From: Spirochaetia bacterium
Lineage (GTDB): Bacteria; Spirochaetota; Spirochaetia; UBA9216
Assembly: GCA_965140585.1 (NCBI GenBank)
Contig: OZ223266.1
Location: 1 to 64,000 of the forward strand
DNA: 64,000 nucleotides
Reading direction: 5' to 3'
Shown piece after piece: positions 1 through 11,199 of this stretch; position 1 is the stretch's first letter; every line of letters begins with the position of its first letter. A model generated the notes under the pieces. That model did no database searches. It was not told the DNA's origin and saw nothing but the letters and a program-made list of their open reading frames with translations. Made by a program: the position numbers and the translations under genes.

Positions 1-2
1 GT

Positions 3-1346
3 ACAGTAGCCTCAAGCACTTCGGCTACCCTGAACAGTTCATACTCAGGTGCCAATTATATGCGCATCAGCAACGACGGGGGATCCTCCTGGTCCGGATG
101 GTATTCAGCCTCATCCAGCATGTCCTGGACCCTGAGTACTGCCAGCGGATACAGCGGGTACGGCTCGAAGAAAGTCATAGTTCAATTCTCTGATTACGCC
201 GGAGTCTACTCAAGAAATTCCGTCACCCAGGAGGCCGCGCATTATACCGAAGTAAGTGATGCAATATTCTACGGCACCCCGGTGATGAACAATTCCTATA
301 AGGGCTATACTAAAAATGGTTATATCAGAACTCACTATGAAGAGTATGGAAATGATACAGCAAGCAGCAATACCTATTATGTATACTATGCAACAAGTCC
401 GACCGGAACAAAATATACAAAGGGCAGTACGGGCAGTACGGCCAGTTACAGCGACTATTATACAGAGGGAGTTCCATATTATCTGTTTATCCGTGTCTAC
501 AACCCTGAAATAGGCTACACAAATTACAGCAGTTACTCGCTGGGGTACAGCTCGGATATGACTATTATATACGACGATGATGATCCGGATGATACAGATC
601 TGGCAAGTCTGCTCAAGAGCAGGATAACAACTGACTGGGTATCTGCAAACCCGAGCTATGTGTTTATGAATGGTTCATATACATGGACCGAGTTTACCGT
701 GACAATGATTCCGGAAGATGAGGTTCCAACCACCTTCAAGGATGATGGTGTCGACGAAACTGTGATCTACGGCGATCCGATAATAATAACACCGTCAGCG
801 GCAAATCTCTATGCAAGTACAACAAGGGCAAAAAATGTTGCCTACAGCGGTCATGGTGTTGTGGGAATGCACTACTACGGCTGGCGTTTCTTCCAGACGC
901 TTGTTAACAACTGGACGAGTCTGGGCCTGAATTCAATAGGTTCCGGGGTCGCACCGACAGATCTTGACTACGCGTATTCCAAGGGAGATACCCAGTATGC
1001 CAATATAAAGCCTTATTCTTCGGAGTATGATTATATATGGCACAGGTATATGTATTACAAGCCGCTGTATGACAGCTACCTGTATACTGAAGATTATGAT
1101 GCCCTGATGTTTACTTCAACTACAGGATATCCCTACAGTATTGCAAACCGCTGGTCTTTGTATAATTCCAACTCGTCGGGTACGAACGGAACATATTTCT
1201 ATGCTGATGATCCGGATTATTCAAATTATTACACGGTGGTTCGGCAGAACAGGTTTGTTTACTGGGCGTATGATAAGGTTCCAGGATATTATTATGGAAT
1301 ACCATTCCTTTATAATATCGTCCGGTATCTGAATTATTACTATTAA
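3..1346 (+). CDS. Ser/Tyr-rich putative extracellular/surface protein, 5' end outside the window
   Basis: The reading frame is open from base 3 (TVASSTSATLNSSYSGANY-MRISND...), so the ATG at 60 is internal. It contains an MRISND..WSGW..SWTLS..G.K.VIVQFSD.AG module like the Ig-like repeats of bacterial surface proteins, and a Tyr-rich C-terminal region. Confidence 0.6.
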   Translation, partial: TVASSTSATLNSSYSGANYMRISNDGGSSWSGWYSASSSMSWTLSTASGYSGYGSKKVIVQFSDYAGVYSRNSVTQEAAHYTEVSDAIFYGTPVMNNSYKGYTKNGYIRTHYEEYGNDTASSNTYYVYYATSPTGTKYTKGSTGSTASYSDYYTEGVPYYLFIRVYNPEIGYTNYSSYSLGYSSDMTIIYDDDDPDDTDLASLLKSRITTDWVSANPSYVFMNGSYTWTEFTVTMIPEDEVPTTFKDDGVDETVIYGDPIIITPSAANLYASTTRAKNVAYSGHGVVGMHYYGWRFFQTLVNNWTSLGLNSIGSGVAPTDLDYAYSKGDTQYANIKPYSSEYDYIWHRYMYYKPLYDSYLYTEDYDALMFTSTTGYPYSIANRWSLYNSNSSGTNGTYFYADDPDYSNYYTVVRQNRFVYWAYDKVPGYYYGIPFLYNIVRYLNYYY

Positions 1347-1402
1347 AAGGCTCTTATTGTTTTTAAATTTTGATTAGAATATAATAAATACAGGGAGTCC
1401 AG

Positions 1403-2786
1403 ATGGATAATGAACACCGTTTTGAGAGATCCTCGGATTACTTTGAGAAAGTACAGCGGCTTGCCAGGGTAGGCTCATGGGTTTACCACGTGGCGTCCAC
1501 CAGGTTTACTGCCTCAAAGGAAGCACAGAATATATACGGAATTTCGGGTGAGGATTTTTCGCTTGAGACGATTCGCAGTATCTCTCTACCTGAAGACAGG
1601 AAGAGTCTTCAGGATGAAATGAAAAACCTGATTAGCGGAGTCTCGGATATTTATGATATTGAGTTCAGTATTCAGAGACCTAATGACGGCCGTATTGCCG
1701 TAATACATTCGGTAGCTGATTTCGATCCTGAACAAAACAGGGTCGTAGGTGTTCTTCAGGATATTACCGAGAGCAGGAGCACCGAGAAGGCGCTCGCCGA
1801 AAGTGAGCAGATGTACAGAAGCCTTTTTGACCACTCTGTTTCAGGTATCCTCTACTCGGATCTTGACGGAACGATTATTGAAATCAATAAAAAAATGCTG
1901 ACTCTTCTCGGATCACCTTCCATTGAAGAAACAAAAAAAATTAATCTGCTCACCTTTCCCCTGCTCGTGAGCTCGGGTTTTTCCGGGGATCTGAAGCGCA
2001 CGGATAGAGACGAAAGAACCTGTTTCAAATTCAATGCTCTACCAAAGTAAATGGGGAAGTGAGCATTATCTTGAATACAGTTTGAGTCCTATCAGAATCG
2101 ATGAAAAAGTAACCGGAATAATGGCGAAGATTGAGGATATAACTGATCGTAAGGTGGCGGAGTCCAAAATTGAAACACTTTTAAAAGAGAAAGACCTAAT
2201 TCTGCGTGAAGTTCATCACCGCATAAAAAATAATATGGCCTGGGTTGAAAGCCTTTTGAGGCTTCAGAGTGATGAAGCCGCCAATGAAGGTGAGAAAAAT
2301 GCACTTATGGATGCTGCAGGCAGAGTAGGCAGCCTTAGGTTGTTGTACGAAAGTCTTTTTGAGTCGGAAGAGTTTCGTGAGACCTCATCTGCAGCCTACC
2401 TGAGCAATCTTATTGATGATATTGCAGATGTATTCTACCAGAGCCGGGATGTTGATATCGGGACTCATATAGATGATTTTCAGCTTTCTCCCGGTAAACT
2501 TTTTCATCTTGGAATCATAATTAACGAACTTGTTACAAACTGCATGAAATATGCCTTTAAGAATATGTCAGGGGAGAAAAGAATAGAAATTTCAGTAAGA
2601 CGCAGCAATGATCAGGTTGCATTCCTTGTTGTGAGAGATAACGGTAAGGGCCTTCCTGATGGAGAATCCGGGGATTCTACCGGATTCGGTCTGATGCTTA
2701 TCAGGATGCTAGCAGAACAGCTGGGCGGTAAACTTGAATACTGTAATGACGGCGGCGCTGTTTTTAAAATAGAGTTTATGCTTTGA
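1403..2786 (+). pseudogene. PAS-PAS HisKA_2-type sensor histidine kinase split by a +1 frameshift (real lesion or sequencing error)
   Basis: ORF 1403-2050 carries PAS domains and ORF 2034-2786 carries REVHHRIKNN, NELVTN, DNGKG and GFGL boxes. Removing one G from ACGG at 2000-2003 gives the continuous sequence DLKRT-IETKEPVSNSMLYQSKW. Confidence 0.8.
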
Positions 2787-2864
2787 TTACTACAATAGTT
2801 TTTCTTCACATATGGTAATAGCCGGGTTATAATTTCGTTAAATTTACATCTATTGGGAGAAGCC

Positions 2865-3302
2865 ATGGACAGAACTGAATTAGCAATTGAAACATTTAAT
2901 AAGGGTATAGACTGTGATAAGGCTGTTTTCAGTGCCTTTGAAAATGATGAGATTCTCAGCCCTAAAGAAGACAGGTATATTCATTCATGCGGTGAATTCC
3001 CGGGGCTTCCTCATTCAAAATGCGGGGCAGTAAGCGGCGCCGGATGTGTGATCTTTCATTACAAGGAGAATGTAGGCCATGAAGACACTGCAGAAGAAAT
3101 GTGGCAACGCTTCAAGGATAAATTTCTTGAAAGAAATTCATCACTTAAATGTACCGATCTAATTGGTTATGATCTCTCTGTCAGAAGGGACGCCATGGAA
3201 GTAATGGAAAAAGAGGTTATTAAAAAGACCTGTCCAAAATATATAAAAGATGCTGTCGAAATCCTTGAAGAAGTTATCGGTGTAACAGCAGAAGTGAAAT
3301 AA
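2865..3302 (+). CDS. C_GCAxxG_C_C family putative redox-active protein
   Basis: Cys pattern DCDKAV...CGAVSGA...LKCTDL...TCPKY; GGAGA RBS upstream of the ATG at 2865. Confidence 0.8.
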   Translation: MDRTELAIETFNKGIDCDKAVFSAFENDEILSPKEDRYIHSCGEFPGLPHSKCGAVSGAGCVIFHYKENVGHEDTAEEMWQRFKDKFLERNSSLKCTDLIGYDLSVRRDAMEVMEKEVIKKTCPKYIKDAVEILEEVIGVTAEVK

Positions 3303-3304
3303 TA

Positions 3305-4534
3305 ATGAATACTGAATATTACAAAAAGATAGCGGATTTAATGCTCTTCGGAGTGAGCTTTAAAAAAGGCGACAAGCTTTTTCTTCAGTTAAACCATGAC
3401 TGTAGGGACGCTGCCAAGGTTCTTGTTCAAAGGGCCTATGAAGCCGGAGCCTCCTTTGTAGATCTTGTTTATATTGATGACTTTGTACATGCTGCAGCTA
3501 TTCGTACAGGGAACAGGAAGCTGGAATATCCTGAATATTTTGATAAAAGGATGCGTGAGACCTGTGACCCCGGGTGGAAATCGGTGCATTATCTAAGTTA
3601 TTGTGAAACCGATGCGTATGCAGGCCTTTCCGGAGATGTCTCGGCAGAATATTTCAGAGACCGTCAGGCTGCTATTGCCTACAAACGTGAGAAGAGTCTC
3701 GCTGGTGCATTTCCATGGGTTCTGACCTTTATGCCCTCAGTTGACATCTCAATAAAGGCTTTTCCTGATCTTTCTCCGGAAGACGCTGTTGCTGAATACT
3801 GGAAGCATATAATCAAGATCATGCGTCTTGATGAAGATGATCCTGTTCAATGGTGGAAAAATAAGGCCGCAGTTGATCTTAAGCGAATAGAATACCTTGA
3901 AAAGCTTTCCCCTGACTATATAGAATTCAAAGGGTCTGGTACCGATCTTAAGATTGGTATTAATCCCGATGTAAACTGGCTGGGCGGAATCGGTAAATCA
4001 AGTACCGGTGAATCCTGGCTTGCAAATATCCCGACAGATGAAATTTTTACAGTTCCTGATTGCAGAAGGGTAGACGGCAGGGTCGCTTTAACCAGGCCGC
4101 TTGTTATGCATCAGAACCTGGGTGATATACCTGTCAACGCCTGGTTTGAGTTTAGGGACGGGCAGGTTATTGATTTCGGAGCAGATAAGGGTAAAGAATC
4201 ACTTGAAAATCTTTTTAAACGTGATGAACGTGCAAGGTATCTTGGAGAACTGGCTCTTGTTGATCCATGCTCACCCTTTGCCGAACCGGGAATAGTTTTT
4301 TATAACGGACTTTATGATGAGAATGCTGCCTGCCACATAGCACTTGGCGCTGGATTTCCTAAGGCTTTAAAAAATCCAGGCAACTTCTCAAAGGATGAAC
4401 TGCTCGATATGGGAATGAATGTAGCCGGAGTTCATGAAGATATGATGATCGGCGGTTCGGATGTTGATGTAATTGCAGTAGGCAGAGACGGAAAACGGAC
4501 TGAACTTATTAAAGACGGAAAGTTTCTGATATAA
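3305..4534 (+). CDS. Aminopeptidase, peptidase M29 (AmpS/PepS/AmpT family)
   Basis: Motifs ANIPTDEIFT, LGELALV, LYDENAACHIALG and HEDMMIG. Confidence 0.9.
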   Translation: MNTEYYKKIADLMLFGVSFKKGDKLFLQLNHDCRDAAKVLVQRAYEAGASFVDLVYIDDFVHAAAIRTGNRKLEYPEYFDKRMRETCDPGWKSVHYLSYCETDAYAGLSGDVSAEYFRDRQAAIAYKREKSLAGAFPWVLTFMPSVDISIKAFPDLSPEDAVAEYWKHIIKIMRLDEDDPVQWWKNKAAVDLKRIEYLEKLSPDYIEFKGSGTDLKIGINPDVNWLGGIGKSSTGESWLANIPTDEIFTVPDCRRVDGRVALTRPLVMHQNLGDIPVNAWFEFRDGQVIDFGADKGKESLENLFKRDERARYLGELALVDPCSPFAEPGIVFYNGLYDENAACHIALGAGFPKALKNPGNFSKDELLDMGMNVAGVHEDMMIGGSDVDVIAVGRDGKRTELIKDGKFLI

Positions 4535-4556
4535 CCGCTTTTTTCGAACAAAGCTG

Positions 4557-4592
4557 AAAAAAGGCCTGAGGATTAACACCTTCAGGCCTTTT
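4557..4592. terminator. Bidirectional intrinsic terminator
   Basis: AAAAAAGGCCTGA-GG-attaaca-CC-T-TCAGGCCTTTT hairpin between convergent genes. Confidence 0.8.
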
Positions 4593-4612
4593 CTGTTGTC
4601 AGGTTGAATCAA

Positions 4613-5515
4613 TTACCTGGTTTTGATTTTGCCTTTCATGCTTTCTACTTCTGCTATCGAAGGAATGGAGCCGCAGGCACCGTTTTTGGAAACAGAAATA
4701 GCTGCTGCCAGAGATGCAGTCTCAAGGACTTCCTTTACTGGTGTTCCCTTGAAGTATCCGGATACAAAAAATCCGGTAAAAGTATCGCCGGCAGCTGTTG
4801 TATCAACAGTTTTAACATCAAAGGCTTTAAGCTGCACTTCTTCATCACCCTTTTTAAAGCATACTCCGTCTCCTCCGAGTGTCAGTACTGTAGCAGAATC
4901 AGGATACATGCTGCTCATTTTTTCCAGTATTTTATCTGCCTCTTTCTCTCCTGTAAGTTCAAAACCCTCGGTTTCATTAATAAGAAAGAGAGATACAAGG
5001 TCAAAGCGGCATTTTTTCAGGTTGTCATCAATAGGTGAGGGGTTAAGGACAATCCTCATTCCCAGGTTAGCTGCCTTTTCAATTATATAATCAAGACTGC
5101 TTATTTCGTTTTGTAGAACGATTACATCACCCTGATCGAAATTTGCCAGGACTGAATCAACAAATGACGGTTCTATACTTCTGTTTGCCCCGCCAAGAAG
5201 GACTATGGAATTCTGGCCTGTTTTATCTACCTGAATAATAGCTCTACCTGCCGGTGTTTCGGATATCTTTATGTATTCGGTGGAGATATGCATCTCATTG
5301 AGACTGTGAACAAGCTCCATTCCGTCTTTTCCTGTTGCACCGGCATGCCAGAGGTCTTCTGTTCCGGCTTTTGCCAGGGCTATTGACTGGTTTAGTCCCT
5401 TGCCCCCGGTGAACTGCTTGTACTCTGTACTTGCCGTTGTCTCCCCGGGTTTTACGATGTGATCAACTGAGAAAACCTGATCAAGGTTCAGTGAACCAAA
5501 ATTAAGTATCTTCAT
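4613..5515 (-). CDS. rbsK: Ribokinase (PfkB family)
   Basis: Motifs GSLNLD, GGKGLNQSIALA, LQNEI, INETE and DTTAAGDTF. Confidence 0.88.
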   Translation of the reverse strand: MKILNFGSLNLDQVFSVDHIVKPGETTASTEYKQFTGGKGLNQSIALAKAGTEDLWHAGATGKDGMELVHSLNEMHISTEYIKISETPAGRAIIQVDKTGQNSIVLLGGANRSIEPSFVDSVLANFDQGDVIVLQNEISSLDYIIEKAANLGMRIVLNPSPIDDNLKKCRFDLVSLFLINETEGFELTGEKEADKILEKMSSMYPDSATVLTLGGDGVCFKKGDEEVQLKAFDVKTVDTTAAGDTFTGFFVSGYFKGTPVKEVLETASLAAAISVSKNGACGSIPSIAEVESMKGKIKTR

Positions 5516-5792
5516 GGTGCTCCTCTTCTATTTAAAAGCTTCTTATTTAATTTTAATGCTCAATCTGCATTTCTTCAAGTGAAGGCTGAAATAGTAATAA
5601 AACTATTATTTAGTGTTGAAAGTAAAAGTTATAAATTGTATAGTATTGTTACATCATTGTTTTACTTAAAAATTATATTAAATAACTACACTGAAAAAAA
5701 TTAAAAATTTATAGTTGTTAAATTCGGGGAAATTCCCGGTTTTATACATTTGTAAATAATTAGAATACTAATAAAAAAATAAAGGAGTATTT

Positions 5793-6743
5793 ATGAGAAA
5801 ATTAGTGTTTTTACTAATCATGCTTTGCGTTGCCCTTCCAATGGCCGTAACAGCAGGGGGTCAGCAGGATGCTGATGCAACAACAATCGTATTCGGTGAT
5901 GTATCCTGGGATAGTGTTCAGGTTCATAACCGGATTGTAGCCTTCATTATTGAAAACGGTATGGAAGGATACAAGGCCGAATTTATTCCCGGCGACACTC
6001 TGCCTATTGCAAATGGTCTGGCACAGGGTGATGTTGATGTTGACATGGAATCCTGGCACTCAAACTGGAAAGAAGCATATGATAAGTACATTGAAGCAGG
6101 AGATATAATCGACCTTGGAAAGAATATGCCTGACGGCCCTCAGGGCTGGTGGGTTCCAAGATACGTGGTTGAAGGTTCCGACGCTCTTGCACCGGGTCTT
6201 AAGTCAGTAGCTGATCTTCCGAAATATGCAGATCTTTTCAAGGATCCTGAAGATCCAAAGAAAGGAATTGTGTACGGAGGTGTTGCTGGCTGGTCACAGA
6301 TGGAAATTTCAGAGAAAATCTTCAATGACAATAATCTGGAAGATACCTTTAACCTCGGTGTAGCAGGATCAAATGCCGCTCTTATCGGTGTTATCGCAGG
6401 CGCCTACCAGAAAGGTGAAGCAGTTTGCGGTTACTACTGGGCTCCAACCGCGCTTCTTGGCAAGTTTGATATGGTTAGACTTCCCGGATCTGAATATGAA
6501 GCTGCGGATGTCAACATTCTCGTTAACAAAAGCATGACTGAAAAGGCTCCGGATGTTGTTGAAATGCTGAAAAAGTATTCAACTACCGTAGCTGACAATA
6601 ATGAGTTCCTTGCAAAAATGGATGAAAATGACTGGGATTCAACTCAGGCTGCAGAATGGTTCCTTAAAAACAAGGAAGACGTTTGGACCAAGTGGGTTTC
6701 AGCTGATGTAGCAGACAAGGTGAAGGCTGCTCTCGGAGAATAA
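5793..6743 (+). CDS. proX: Glycine betaine/proline ABC transporter substrate-binding protein
   Basis: Signal peptide followed by AGGQQ; motifs VSWDS, DVDMESW and YYWAPT; adjacent to the ATPase and permease genes. Confidence 0.85.
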   Translation: MRKLVFLLIMLCVALPMAVTAGGQQDADATTIVFGDVSWDSVQVHNRIVAFIIENGMEGYKAEFIPGDTLPIANGLAQGDVDVDMESWHSNWKEAYDKYIEAGDIIDLGKNMPDGPQGWWVPRYVVEGSDALAPGLKSVADLPKYADLFKDPEDPKKGIVYGGVAGWSQMEISEKIFNDNNLEDTFNLGVAGSNAALIGVIAGAYQKGEAVCGYYWAPTALLGKFDMVRLPGSEYEAADVNILVNKSMTEKAPDVVEMLKKYSTTVADNNEFLAKMDENDWDSTQAAEWFLKNKEDVWTKWVSADVADKVKAALGE

Positions 6744-6746
6744 TCG

Positions 6747-7976
6747 ATGTCTGAAAATATTGACGGGGCGCATGAAGCGCCCCAGATTGTTATAAAAGAT
6801 ATCTGGAAAGTTTTCGGCCGTGATCCCAAGAGGGTTCTCGGAAAGAAATACAGAGATCTAAGTAAAGAGGAAGTTCAGAAGAAAACCGGATGCATCATAG
6901 GCATGCGGAATATCAGCCTGAATATCAGAAAGGGAGAGTTTTATATACTTATGGGGCTCTCAGGAAGTGGTAAATCAACACTTATCAGAAATCTTATCCG
7001 TCTTGTTAATCCAACTTCAGGTTCAATCGTAATTGATGGCAGTGATATTACCAAGATGAGCAGTGAGAATCTGCTTGAGTTTAGAAGAAAGACTTTCGGA
7101 ATGGTTTTCCAGCACTATGGTCTTCTGCCTCACTTGACTGTGCTTGATAATGCAGCATACGGACTGAAGGTCAGAGGCATCCCCAAGGGCGAGCGATATG
7201 CCAAGGCTATGCGGACGCTTGAGACCGTAGGCCTCAAAGGCTGGGAAGATTATTATCCCGGCTCTCTCAGCGGCGGAATGCAGCAGAGAGTAGGACTTGC
7301 CCGTGCGCTTGCAAATGATCCCGAAATTCTTTTGATGGATGAGCCTTTCAGCGGACTTGATCCGCTAATCAGAAGGCAAATGCAGGATGAACTGGTTGAG
7401 CTTCAGGATAAACTTAAGAAGACCATCGTTTTTGTTACGCATGACCTTCATGAGGCTTTGAAGCTTGGAGACCGCATAGCAATAATGCGTAACGGTGAGG
7501 TGGTTCAGGAGGATATTCCAGAGAATATTGTTACACACCCTGCTAATGACTATGTCAGGGAATTCGTCAAGGATGCATCTCCTGCAAAAGTTCTTACCGC
7601 AGGCAGTATTATGACCGACCCGCAGGTTCTCCTGTATGGCTGGGAAGGGCCGAAGACAGCTCTCAAAATTCTTCGAGACAATAACAGAAAGGCTGCTTTT
7701 GTCGTAGACAAGGGTAAAAAGCTGATGGGTGTAGCTCATGAAGATAAACTTCTGAAGCTCAGTGACAAAGATGCCGGTGTTGAGAAGCTTTTTTATGCAA
7801 CACTACAGCAGGTTCCTTCAGTAACTGAAGACACCATTCTTGAAGATCTTTTTTCAATAGTCACTGAGAACAAATACCCTATACCTGTTGTTGATGAGGA
7901 TAATAAACTTAAGGGCCTGGTGACTACAGACAGTATTTTTGAAAGCATCAGTCCGGCGGAGGGTGAACATGATTGA
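6747..7976 (+). CDS. proV: Glycine betaine ABC transporter ATP-binding protein with CBS domains
   Basis: Motifs GLSGSGKST, LSGGMQQRVGLARAL and DEPFSGLDPLIR; C-terminal CBS pair. Confidence 0.92.
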   Translation: MSENIDGAHEAPQIVIKDIWKVFGRDPKRVLGKKYRDLSKEEVQKKTGCIIGMRNISLNIRKGEFYILMGLSGSGKSTLIRNLIRLVNPTSGSIVIDGSDITKMSSENLLEFRRKTFGMVFQHYGLLPHLTVLDNAAYGLKVRGIPKGERYAKAMRTLETVGLKGWEDYYPGSLSGGMQQRVGLARALANDPEILLMDEPFSGLDPLIRRQMQDELVELQDKLKKTIVFVTHDLHEALKLGDRIAIMRNGEVVQEDIPENIVTHPANDYVREFVKDASPAKVLTAGSIMTDPQVLLYGWEGPKTALKILRDNNRKAAFVVDKGKKLMGVAHEDKLLKLSDKDAGVEKLFYATLQQVPSVTEDTILEDLFSIVTENKYPIPVVDEDNKLKGLVTTDSIFESISPAEGEHD

Positions 7977-8820
7977 ATTTCCTGATATACCTTTTATTTC
8001 ACTTGCAGACTGGATAGACGCGGCAATGTCATGGCTTTTAAAGCATCTTGATGGATTTTTTGATGTTATAGGCTCCATAATGCTTCATGTTGTAATGGCA
8101 TTTGAGACAGTTTTTCTATATATTCCCTGGTTCGTCATTATCCTGCTTGTGGGTTTTGCTGGCTGGAAACTGATGGGAAGGCTAAAAAGCGGTCTAGGAT
8201 TTATGGTTCTAATGATGCTGATAGGCATTTTTGGTTACTGGGAGCTTGCCATGAAGACTCTGAGTCTTGTTATGGCATCGGTTGTACTGTCTCTGCTTAT
8301 CGGAATCCCGACAGGAATACTGATGGCCAGAAACGACAGGGCAGAGACTATTCTTAAACCACTGCTTGACGGTATGCAGACTATGCCGAGTTTTGTATAT
8401 CTGATACCTGCGCTTATGTTTTTCGGTATGGGAAAGGTTCCCGCAACCTTTGCAACCATTATTTATGCGGCTCCTCCTGTTGTCAGGCTGACTAATGTCG
8501 GAATTAGAACCGTTGATAAAGAGGCCGTTGAGGCTTCAAAAGCCTTTGGTGCTACAAGCCGTCAGGTTCTGTTTGATGTACAGCTTCCTCTTGCCAAGCC
8601 TCAGATCATGGTCGGTATCAACCAGACTACAATGATGGCTCTTGCCATGGTTGTTATCGGTTCAATGATCGGCGCAAAGGGACTTGGAATGGAAGTTCTG
8701 CTTGCTATCAACAGGATCGAAGTAGGCCGCGGTTTTGAAGCCGGCCTGTCGATAGTTTTTCTTGCCATCGTAATTGACAGGATTACACATTCATTTGCTG
8801 GAAAGAAGAAAGACGAATAG
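7969..8820 (+). CDS. proW: Glycine betaine ABC transporter permease
   Basis: Motifs LDGMQTMPSFVYLIP and GINQTTMMALAMVV; the ATG at 7969 overlaps the end of proV. Confidence 0.92.
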   Translation: MIEFPDIPFISLADWIDAAMSWLLKHLDGFFDVIGSIMLHVVMAFETVFLYIPWFVIILLVGFAGWKLMGRLKSGLGFMVLMMLIGIFGYWELAMKTLSLVMASVVLSLLIGIPTGILMARNDRAETILKPLLDGMQTMPSFVYLIPALMFFGMGKVPATFATIIYAAPPVVRLTNVGIRTVDKEAVEASKAFGATSRQVLFDVQLPLAKPQIMVGINQTTMMALAMVVIGSMIGAKGLGMEVLLAINRIEVGRGFEAGLSIVFLAIVIDRITHSFAGKKKDE

Positions 8821-8890
8821 TAAATAATTTAAATTAACTGTAACAGATACTGACTTCTATAACGAAAAAGTATCTTAATTTTGCGGTAGA

Positions 8891-8924
8891 TAAAGCCCTA
8901 CAGCAGTGTTGCTGTAGGGCTTTA
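8891..8924. terminator. Bidirectional intrinsic terminator
   Basis: Perfect 15-bp stem TAAAGCCCTACAGCA-gtgt-TGCTGTAGGGCTTTA between convergent genes. Confidence 0.9.
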
Positions 8925-8949
8925 ATAATATTATAAGTATTAAAAAAAT

Positions 8950-11110
8950 TTATTTGTTTAATTCAGCTGCTTTTTCGCCGGCAAGACGGCCTGAAGTGAG
9001 GACATAACCCTGTGCAGCACCTCCATAGGTTACATAAGCATTCTTGTTAGTAAAAAGCACTCCCATCGAATCCTGACCAACCGCATAGAGATTATTAATT
9101 ACACTTCCGTCAGTTTTTAGGACATTGAAATTTTTCATCAATATCAAGTCCTCCACATGTGCCGTATGTGTAACCTGCTCCAAGTACTGCATAAAAGGGA
9201 CCGTTTATAAGAGGATGAATGAGTGAATTATCCTTTCCAAACGGGTCATTTCCTGTTTCTGAATAGCTGCTGTATTCATTTGCCTGCCGTACAAGCTCGG
9301 GTGCTCCAAGTTTTTCTGCAAGGGCTTCCATTGTATCTGCTTTTACAACTATACCGTAATCTGCTCCGACTTTAAGAATGTTCTCCATGTCTTCAATAGG
9401 TACGTTAGCCTCAACTTTACTACCCTGTAATAAAGTTCTTGGATTCGGTGCAATTGACATACCGGAGTTTGCATATTCACTAATTTGCGACTGTGAGTAA
9501 ATAGAATAGTACACCGGACCGCCTTTCCAGTTATCAAAAGCTATATTTCCTGCTTCATTCATGTATCTCTTTCCGTCTGCATTGGTTATCATTGCATCTG
9601 ATTTTAGAACGAGTGAAGTAAGCACTGCTTTTCCGTGCGGATCGAGATCATCATTTGTAATAAGAGTTTTCGTCTGGGCAATATGAACCATAGGAGGCAT
9701 ATCAATATTGTATGTTGCAGCGCCTACATCCATGGCCATCTGTATACCGGCGCCGTTATCCTGCATCATTCCTTTGACATTGTAATTGCCGCCTATATAT
9801 TTTTCTTTCATTTCTGCATTACCGATAAATCCTCCGGTAGCAAGTATGACTGAATCACCGTAAATTTCATAAATCGATCCGTCAAAATATTCTGCTTTTA
9901 CACCAACCACCTTATCATCTTGTGTAATAAGATCAGTTGCGGTTAATTCAAGCATATAATCATTTTTATCATCTTTTAAGACGGCATTGTTTATAGCACG
10001 AGTATACATAGTATCCTTATCGCCTGTGTAATAAGCCCATACTACCCATCGTTTTGGGTGAAAGAAAGCTTTTAGCGGTCCGAATGAAAACTCATGGTCT
10101 CTGACAAGCCAATCCATTGTTTCACCTGATTCATAAACGAATTTCCTGATAAGCGATTCTTTTGCGTCTCCGTGAGTATAGCTGACCCAATCCTCAATTA
10201 GATCTTCTTCATTCAGCCATTTCTGGCCGTTATTTTCTGTTTTCATTTTATCCGGGGGATTAATTGCCATTGGTCCGGATACATTGGTTGATGTTCCTCC
10301 GATTTTACCCGCACTGTCGAGCCCGAATACTGTTGCTCCGTTTTCAGCAGCACTGATATATGCGCTCATACCCGCACCGCCCAGACCTACGACAATTACA
10401 TCATAGCCATCAATAGTTACGGTTTTATTGCTTTTGCTGATTGGTGTGTACCATTCCGAGGAGTCCCCTCCATTTGTATCTATTGCGACAGCTACTGCTG
10501 ATTTTATAGCATTTGAAGATACTGTCGCACCGGTAATACTGTCTACAGCAAGGCTTTGTCGACCAAGAATTCTGGGAATCATCAGATCAATTGCAGACTG
10601 AAGGATTGCCGAGGTTTCTTCGTTTTCTTTTACAGTTATTTCTTTAAGTTCATTTTCGTAGAATCGAACCTGTACATTCATTTTCGTTGTCAGGCTATGT
10701 CCAATTACCTGATAAACTGCATCAGAATCAGCTACAGGAGTTCTGTTAATATCTTCTCCTCTTGCTTTTCTAAGTGCTGTTTTCGCAGCATTTCTTACAG
10801 CAGCTGATGTATAGGACGCACCGGAAACTGTATCGAGTTTATAAAAGCTTAAATCAGTCAGATCTGTCCCTTCAAGGAGCGGGAAAATCTCTGTATTATA
10901 TTTTTCAATTGCGGCGCCTCCAAGATTCGGTGTTTCCGCATCTCCAGTTGCGGTAATTTTTTCAACAACACCGTTGTTCACAGTCAATTCGACTGTTACA
11001 TCACCTCCGTATCCTTTGGTTGAAGATGAATGCATTTCAGTATTCAGACAACCTGCTAACATAATTACAACCAAAAATACTGTAACGATTTGTGGGCATA
11101 GTCTTTTCAT
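8950..11110 (-). pseudogene. Lipoprotein FAD-dependent (flavocytochrome-c-like) reductase with two FMN-binding domains; C-terminal frameshift (real or artefact)
   Basis: Lipobox LAGC; flavinylation motifs DTVSGAS and DSITGAT; FAD motif DVIVVGLGGAG; LATGGF. Removing one base from the T5 run at 9131-9135 restores GGLDIDENFNVLKTDGSVINNLYAVG...SGRLAG. Confidence 0.85.
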
Positions 11111-11151
11111 CTGCCTTTCTCCTTTGATATGATATGAATAAATATTTTAAT

Positions 11152-11182
11152 ATCTTGAAGTTTAAACCGGGTATAGAGTCAA
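11152..11182 (-). promoter_or_regulatory. Candidate MerR-type promoter (19-bp spacer with dyad) for the reductase
   Basis: TTGACT-19 bp-CAAGAT with the imperfect dyad TATACC-C-GGTTTA in the spacer. The -10 element is a weak match. Confidence 0.5.
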
Positions 11183-11199
11183 TGATTAATAATTTTTTA

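Noticed and set aside
5516-5792. c-di-AMP riboswitch or other structured leader before proXVW; short dyads AATAGT-N6-ACTATT and CGGGAAATTCCCG
   Set aside because: No ydaO-type conserved elements are visible, and short dyads in very AT-rich DNA are not enough to call a site.
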